A model generated the notes under the pieces. The model ran no database searches, was not told the origin of the DNA, and was given only the letters and a program-made list of their open reading frames with translations. The translations under genes and the position numbers were made by a program. From Piedraia hortae CBS 480.64 (Eukaryota): 64,000 bases of DNA. The stretch's first letter is position 1, and every line of letters starts with the position of its first letter. The stretch is taken from positions 62,001-126,000 of the forward strand of contig MU005984.1 of the NCBI GenBank assembly GCA_010093745.1, written 5' to 3'. Of the stretch, positions 57,403 through 64,000 are shown one piece after another.

Positions 57403-58821
57403 ATGTCCACGTACTCGACACCGTCCCGGGGTAACAGAGGTGTTCACCTTCCCGACATTGACACCAAGACCCCGGTTGCACGCCCGTCGGTGCACCACCG
57501 GGCCATTCACGGCTTTCTCACGCCTCCCCAGTCCGCCCAGGACAGCCGTAGAGGTTCAATGGCATTTTCCTGCCTTTCGGATGCGCCTCTGTCAGGCACG
57601 TCGTCTATGAGCGGCATCTCCTTGCCAACAACTCCCATCCAAATGACTGGCAATTTCGACCTTTTTCCGCCATACCCGTCTCAGTGGGACGGCCGTTTGG
57701 GCACGGCAAACGACTTGTATCCACTGCAACATCCAGATCTGATGCACGCGCCATCGCGCGCGCGGAACCTCGAACATATGCACGGTCATTCGCTCTCCAC
57801 CATGCCGTTACCCGTCTCTAACGGGGCCCCTGCTATGGCTCTCTCGGGTAGTGACGTGTCTCCGGATCCATGGTTAACGACACCTGCAATTCCGCCAGCC
57901 GTTGCTAACAACACATCCCCTCTCTATTGCAATACAGCTACCGCTTCTTTCCAAGCAGCCGCGGGCGCCGAGTTTGCGGCGGAAGACACGCTGGACGGCA
58001 ACGGACTAGCGGGCTATTGCCCTCCACCCCAGGTCGTCTTACCTTCACAGGTATCGCCCGGAGGCGACTGGGCCATGGATTCGTACGGGCCATGCCCCGC
58101 CCAGTTCCATGAACGAGGACACGATATCTTCCGTCCGGCCGACAGTAGTTTTTCTGTCATCACTCCACGGAGCCCTGTTGATGCATATTTTATCGAGTCC
58201 GAAAAAGATGGTTACATGGTAGTGAAAAATGAAGGAACAGGAAGCCCGAATCTGAAAGGCCACAGCGTTGGTTCGAGGCCATTGGCAACGAACAAGAGCA
58301 GTCCGCCCCGGCCTCGCCGACGGGCTTCTAGACGCAGTAAAGCCCGTGCGGGCGCTGTTTACAATAATCGTGGCTTCGAGGTTGTGTATGACTATGAAGG
58401 CCGTTGGGAAGGACAGAGGTATGTGCCCGAGGAGCGACCACCCCCATCAAAACAGCACGTATGCGATGAGTTGGATGAAGATGGCAAGATTTGTGGAAGT
58501 CGGTTTGAACGCAGCGAGCACCTGAAGCGGCATAAGACTAAGCATAGTCTGCAAAGAAAATACCCCTGCCCGCTTGAAGGCTGCAAAGGCGCCATGGCTC
58601 GCGGAGACAACGCCGGCGATCACTTCAAGACGCACCTCAAGGGTCCACGCAAGGGCCAGCGTAATCGCCATATCAAATGGCCCGAGTTGCACAGTTGCTT
58701 GCTAATGGCCTACGATGAACGTGAAGCGACCAAGATGATTGCCAAACTTCAAAAGTGGATCCGCGAGGATCCAGAGGGAGAATGCCAGCGCCACTGGCTT
58801 GAAGGCACGATTGGGTTTTGA
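57403..58821 (+). CDS. C2H2 zinc-finger transcription factor with BrlA-like finger pair
   Basis: KQHVC...CGSRFERSEHLKRHKTKHS..KYPCPLEGC..AMARGDNAGDHFKTH..RKGQRNR, preceded by a long S/P-rich region. Confidence 0.8.
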   Translation: MSTYSTPSRGNRGVHLPDIDTKTPVARPSVHHRAIHGFLTPPQSAQDSRRGSMAFSCLSDAPLSGTSSMSGISLPTTPIQMTGNFDLFPPYPSQWDGRLGTANDLYPLQHPDLMHAPSRARNLEHMHGHSLSTMPLPVSNGAPAMALSGSDVSPDPWLTTPAIPPAVANNTSPLYCNTATASFQAAAGAEFAAEDTLDGNGLAGYCPPPQVVLPSQVSPGGDWAMDSYGPCPAQFHERGHDIFRPADSSFSVITPRSPVDAYFIESEKDGYMVVKNEGTGSPNLKGHSVGSRPLATNKSSPPRPRRRASRRSKARAGAVYNNRGFEVVYDYEGRWEGQRYVPEERPPPSKQHVCDELDEDGKICGSRFERSEHLKRHKTKHSLQRKYPCPLEGCKGAMARGDNAGDHFKTHLKGPRKGQRNRHIKWPELHSCLLMAYDEREATKMIAKLQKWIREDPEGECQRHWLEGTIGF

Positions 58822-59514
58822 GCACTCAATCTAGTGTAAGATGTATGATGCAGAAGAGTTGATTTATGTGAATTCAGGGAAGAAATTATAGATGGTCAAG
58901 GTTCTGCAAATGGCATGGTTAGAGATCAATAATTTTAGCACTAGATGGCACGGATTCGAGTGGGCAGACGGCGCGGTCTTTTGAGACGAAGACAGTGTTG
59001 AGCGATTTGCTGTATTCATAGTGTACATGCATACCTTTTTTTCAATGCAACGCGTCTCATGCATCCAAGGGAGTACTCGGGTCAAGTGAACGAGAGTACT
59101 CGGGAGAAGTTCGTAATCTTGATGTTCCTTACGCTTGGCATGGGATTTGACGTGATCTGACCACATGTACGACGTCCTGGGTGGGTCTATGAGACGACTC
59201 TGGTTTGCATGGACCCTGCGGCATTACCCAGACGTACCCCAAACAGCGTTGCACTCAGACAATGCTCCGTTTTCCGGCTATCCGCTCCCGTTATGACGAG
59301 TGAGACGGCACGTGCGCCCGAGATTACTTGTGGAAGTGCTGCAAGCCCCACCCAGCTACGTTACAGCTGAGAGCTAACCGTAACTACCTATGATATCATA
59401 AAAGCTTGTAGATAAGCGGGAGAACCCGATTGGCCGACCAGCCCAGAGGTCCGAGATTTTGGCAGCTGCACCACGCCCCACTTACCAAAGACACATCTCC
59501 ACTGACGCGGAGCA

Positions 59515-61891
59515 ATGTCGCCTGACGATCCTGAAGCAGAACGGCCTCTAAGCAGCATACTGAAGTGGGGTATCTCGTCTGACGAATGCGCTTCGCCCGT
59601 CGCTTTGCCCGACTCCAGTAGCGATCCTGCGCACTCGAATCCAAGGTGTAAGTGTGTGGAGATTTATATTTGCGTAGTTTGCATATATAATTTTCGTGGC
59701 ATCCAAGGACCAGTTACTGATGGAAGCAGCTGTGTCAATTGCACCTGACTCATCTTACATGCAACCAGGTCCCCAAAAGGATATCAGCGACCTAGATATT
59801 AATGAGCGTTCGCCTAGGAAGCCGCTGATTAGACCTTCTAGCTCACGGCGTCTCCTGGGGCGGCTGCCTAGTTCCACAAATGTGTCTAGGTTCGCCACGC
59901 CTACTGACAGAACATTGAGTGGTGATGACAGAGACACGTCTCACGAGAACCTGGTATGCCATGTCCGAGAATGGATCGCAAGGCAGCGTGATAAGAGCTC
60001 TAATGCATTCACGTCGTTGTCCAATCAATCTGGTGTTCATCACGGGCAACAGCACTATGGGGATTCTGAGCTTGATAAGCTCGAGGAAATCCTCAAGAGA
60101 AGCTTGCATCTTGATCACATTTTGCCACGTAGAACTTCTGCGCTGCGTCTAAAGCCATCACGGAGGAGGCGTACTCGCAAGTACTCACACTACTCATCTG
60201 ATACTGAAAATGCAGAATATGAGGCTCACGTCCCTTCATGTGATGTGATACTCGACAATTCGAGAACGCTGAACTATGCTGGAGGTGCTTCTGATGACTC
60301 TGATGGTTCTCCCACAGAGCCTCTTGTCCGCACAGCCTCGTTTCGTGACCACGATGCATGGGCAGTGTTCAAGGTCGAAATTGTTCGTCTGGCCCACACC
60401 CTTCGTCTAAAGGGCTGGCGCAGAGTGCCGTTGGACATGAGCTATGCCATCTCAGTCGAACGCTTGAGCGGGGCTTTGACTAATGCAGTTTATGTTGTCT
60501 CACCGCCTGATGAGTTACCTTCAAGCCAAGAGCAGGGTGCGGACGAAGGAGCTGTCATGCGGCCTCAGAAATCGCCTCCAAAGTTGCTTCTTCGCATTTA
60601 CGGGGCGCAGGCCGAACATCTTATCGACAGAGAGTCGGAGCTTGCCATCTTGAGGCGTTTGGCCCGCAAGCGCATAGGACCACGCCTGCTGGGAACCTTC
60701 GCCAATGGCCGCTTTGAAGAGTTTTTTAATGCCAAGGCATTGACTGCCGAGGAGCTTCGCAACCCGGATACCAGCCGACAGATCGCTATGCGGATGCGTG
60801 AACTGCATGACGGCATCGAATTGCTTGAGCGGGAGCGGGACGATGGGCCATTTATCTGGCGTGAGTGGGACAGGTGGGTTGACAGAGTGGAGCAAGTTGT
60901 CACGTGGCTGGATGGGCAAGTTGAAGCAGTTCCGCCTGGCACCAAGTTAGCCGTGCCCGATCTCTGGAAAAGGCGCGGCCACATCTGCGGACTTCCCTGG
61001 AAACGATTCCGGGAGACATTCGAAAAGTATCGTGAGTGGATCTACGCCCAGTATGGTGGTCCACAAGCCATTCGTGAGCAACTCGTCTTTGCCCACAATG
61101 ATGCTCAATATGGTAACATCTTGCGTGTGATGCCCACTGGAGATTCACCTCTATTGCTACCGGCCAACACTCACAAGCGGCTGATTGTCATAGATTTTGA
61201 ATATGCCAACGCTAATCTTCCAGGTTATGAGTTTGCCAATCACTTCTCGGAATGGTGTTACAATTATCATGACCCCAAGAAGCCGTATGCTTGTAATGCC
61301 AACCGTTATCCAACTCCCGAAGAACAGGAACGCTTCCTCCGAGCATATGTTGTTCATCAGTCCAAATTCCACGACCCATCGCCCTCTTCATCGTCCACGA
61401 ACGAGCCGCCTGGTCCGGGCCATCTATCACGCCAGCCAACGTCCAGCATTTCAAATTTCATGCTGGACGTGCGTGGCCCCCCTTTCGCTCCTCCGTCGAC
61501 TACATCGCCCCAGGTCGAGGATTCTGTTTCTGTGGACGCCGAAGTGAGCCGCCTTCTTAGAGAAACACGCATGTGGCGTCTGGCTAGTGCTGCCAAGTGG
61601 GTCGCGTGGGGTGTAGTACAAGCAAAAGTCCCAGGCATGCCGGATTTTGAGCCGCAGTCTTCAACCCGCGAGACAGAAGAAGTGGATGAGGATGACAAGG
61701 AATATCGAGAACTCGCTGCAGCTCAGGGTGGAAAGGGGGATGAAGAAGAGGAACAAGAAGAATTTGACTATCTCGGATATACCCAGCATCGCGCCATGAT
61801 GTTTTGGGGTGACGCCATACAAATGGGCTTTATCAAGGAAGAGGAACTGCCGGAGGACCTGGTCAAAAAGCTCAAGTTGATACCGTATTGA
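59515..61891 (+). CDS. Choline/ethanolamine kinase
   Basis: Intron 59648-59729; RLSGALTNAVY, LLLRIYG, IGPRLLGTFANGRFEEF, Brenner motif FAHNDAQYGNIL, VIDFEYA..ANHFSEW. Confidence 0.93.
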
Positions 61892-63245
61892 GGTGTGGTC
61901 GAAGAAAGTAGTGCAATAGCTTACTTGCGGTACTGATGTGCATATACATGTCATGAATTCGAACCGAGCCACGCGCAATAACATCCCTTGATTGTGGGTC
62001 CACGGTGCTCACATCGTTTTTCAGTCTGGATGAGTGAACTTGGATGAAATGGCTGAAGCAACTGTCGCTATAGTATCTTAACAAACACATAAGACGGCAG
62101 GTATAGTATGTAGTTGTATGCGCTAAAGGAGTAAGAACTTTGCCGTACAATTCCCCGTTGACTGTCCACTAAGGCTTAACGCATCACTGATTCATGCACA
62201 CAGCTTTGCATGTAATATATTATGAGAAAAAAAATCCCATGACGGTGTAAAGAAATGGAATATGACGAAAGGCGTCTTCGACTCTTGTTAGAAAATTTAG
62301 AGGATAAGGAGATCGTATCATAGCTCTGCGAGGGCCCAGCTTAAGCGGGCCGGCCTAAGTATACTCTACCCAAATCGGCTCTACTTGACTCATTTGTGAG
62401 ACGTTCTGCTGCTCTAAATACTCTCTTCGAGAGCAAAAGGAGCAGGGCTCTAAATTGATTGATCCAGCAGCCGAAGGGAGAAAATCGACTGTGGATACCG
62501 ACCACCAGTGCAATGTCGTTCAATCACACTCACGACACAAACACCATAGACCTAGAAGAAGGTTAACCATCGCAGAGGCTCATGAATGCCCCTTCAAATA
62601 CTTTGTCGTCGCCCATTTCAAGTCAGCAGGGTTCCAGGCCTGGTTGAGAAGTGAAATCGCCATGCTACTTAAAGTTTCGTGTAGTTGGGCATCTACAACA
62701 TAGCAAAGTTCCTGGTTGCATCAGTGGCCAATGCGAAAGGCGTCATGCAAAGAGTTGTTTATAGCCTCCCTGCTGCCTATCGGTAGTGTGTCTCATTCAT
62801 GTTGTGTATCTGAATACCAGTCTATGTTACACCACGGAATGCCACATAGATGAGGTCCAGCACAGTCGCCCGCCAGTGGCGGCGGTTGGCCCAGCTGAGT
62901 CGGTTGATCTGGATGAGGCCACTTTGCCTAGGAGACACCCAAACAGACCCGCATTCGCCTCATACATACACAGCCTAATATTTTTTACTAAACTGAGATT
63001 ATCAAACACGTGGTATCACGGATGGAAGTTGAAGTGTTGCCAGGAAAGATGACTATGTGTTGCCCAACTGAAGGCAGAAGATGCAGCCCAGCCCAAACGC
63101 AGCACTACATGCATCATGGGCGTATCATAAGGTAGACAGCTGCCCCGCCTGCATGCAAAGAGTCACAAGTCCGAGGATGAGGATGTACGACAGAACTACC
63201 CCTCTTCTGTGAGTCAATCTTCGGCTCATGGTCAGAAACCAAAAC

Positions 63246-64000
63246 ATGCCCGCCAACTTAGCAGTATATACCAACCCCAGACATGAGCTCTTCGTAGACA
63301 CAGCGGATGACCCACCCAATCTCGAACCAGGAGAGGTACGAATCGCAATCAAAAGCACGGGAATCTGCGGGTAAGCATGCCTTCTCCAACCGGGGAAAGT
63401 TGACCGATGGCTAGCTCTGATGTGCACTTTTGGAAAGATGGCCACATTGGCAAGGACTTGATTGAAGGAAATCATATCCTGGGCCATGAATCCGCCGGCA
63501 TCATAGTTGCTGTACATCCATCAGTAACAACACCCGGGATGGGAGACCGCGTGGCCATTGAGCCAAACATTGTATGTGGAGCATGCGAGCCTTGCCTAAC
63601 AGGCAGATACAATGGCTGCAATAGTGTGATTTTCCCATCATCCCCACCAACTGCTGGATTGCTACAACGATTTGTAAACCACCCAGCTATCATGTGCCAT
63701 AAGATCGGAGACATGAGTTTTGAAGAGGGCGCTATGCTCGAACCGCTTTCTGTGGCTCTGGCAGGTGTCTGGAGAGCCAAAATTTCGCTTGGGGATTGTG
63801 TACTGATCTGCGGAGCAGGACCGATAGGTCTAGTTACTCTAGCTTGTGTCAAGGCAGCCGGCGCGACACCAATCGTCATCACGGATGTGGAGGAACGGCG
63901 TCTCGAATTTGCCAAGACCTTTTGTCCTGGTGTGCGCACGCTTCTCGTCGAACCTTCAGGTGACGCAGAAGCGTTTGCTCAGAAAGTCTCCAACTTAACA
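63246..64000 (+). CDS. Zn-dependent polyol dehydrogenase, L-arabinitol 4-dehydrogenase-like; 3' end beyond the window
   Basis: [27 protein letters not shown] (intron 63371-63414), [44 protein letters not shown]. Confidence 0.88.

Overview
Eukaryotic (filamentous ascomycete) nuclear DNA, probably Eurotiomycetes/Chaetothyriales-like; this placement is inferred from protein style and is not verified. The window is gene-dense, with short introns (mostly 41-53 nt) and short intergenic spacers. It holds about 27 intact protein genes, mostly housekeeping (DRS1, APC4, RET2, NDUFB4, REI1, BUD27/URI, TIM17, TFB3, IKS1, GST, SEC63, RSE1, MSS51, LSM7, choline kinase, L-arabinitol-dehydrogenase-like), and two intron-containing tRNAs (Asp-GTC, Ala-AGC). 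Two accessory islands interrupt the housekeeping block. The first (about 14.1-18.9 kb) has a divergent pair of decayed genes, one a Pif1 helicase pseudogene, with a perfect 16-bp inverted repeat between them. The second (about 48.4-57.2 kb) has an F-box/LRR gene, a frameshifted Mutator-like transposon with imperfect TIRs, a small MITE-like hairpin and a possible LINE ORF1 relic, upstream of a BrlA-like C2H2 factor. The most notable observations are an LSM7 gene whose two introns both appear to be GC-AG, a tandem VHS-GAT paralog pair with one internally doubled copy, a roughly 1515-aa DPR-repeat dehydrin-like protein with a recent 294-bp duplication, and the BrlA-like regulator. No clearly new multi-gene system can be established from the sequence alone. 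All homology calls come from motif recognition, not database searches.
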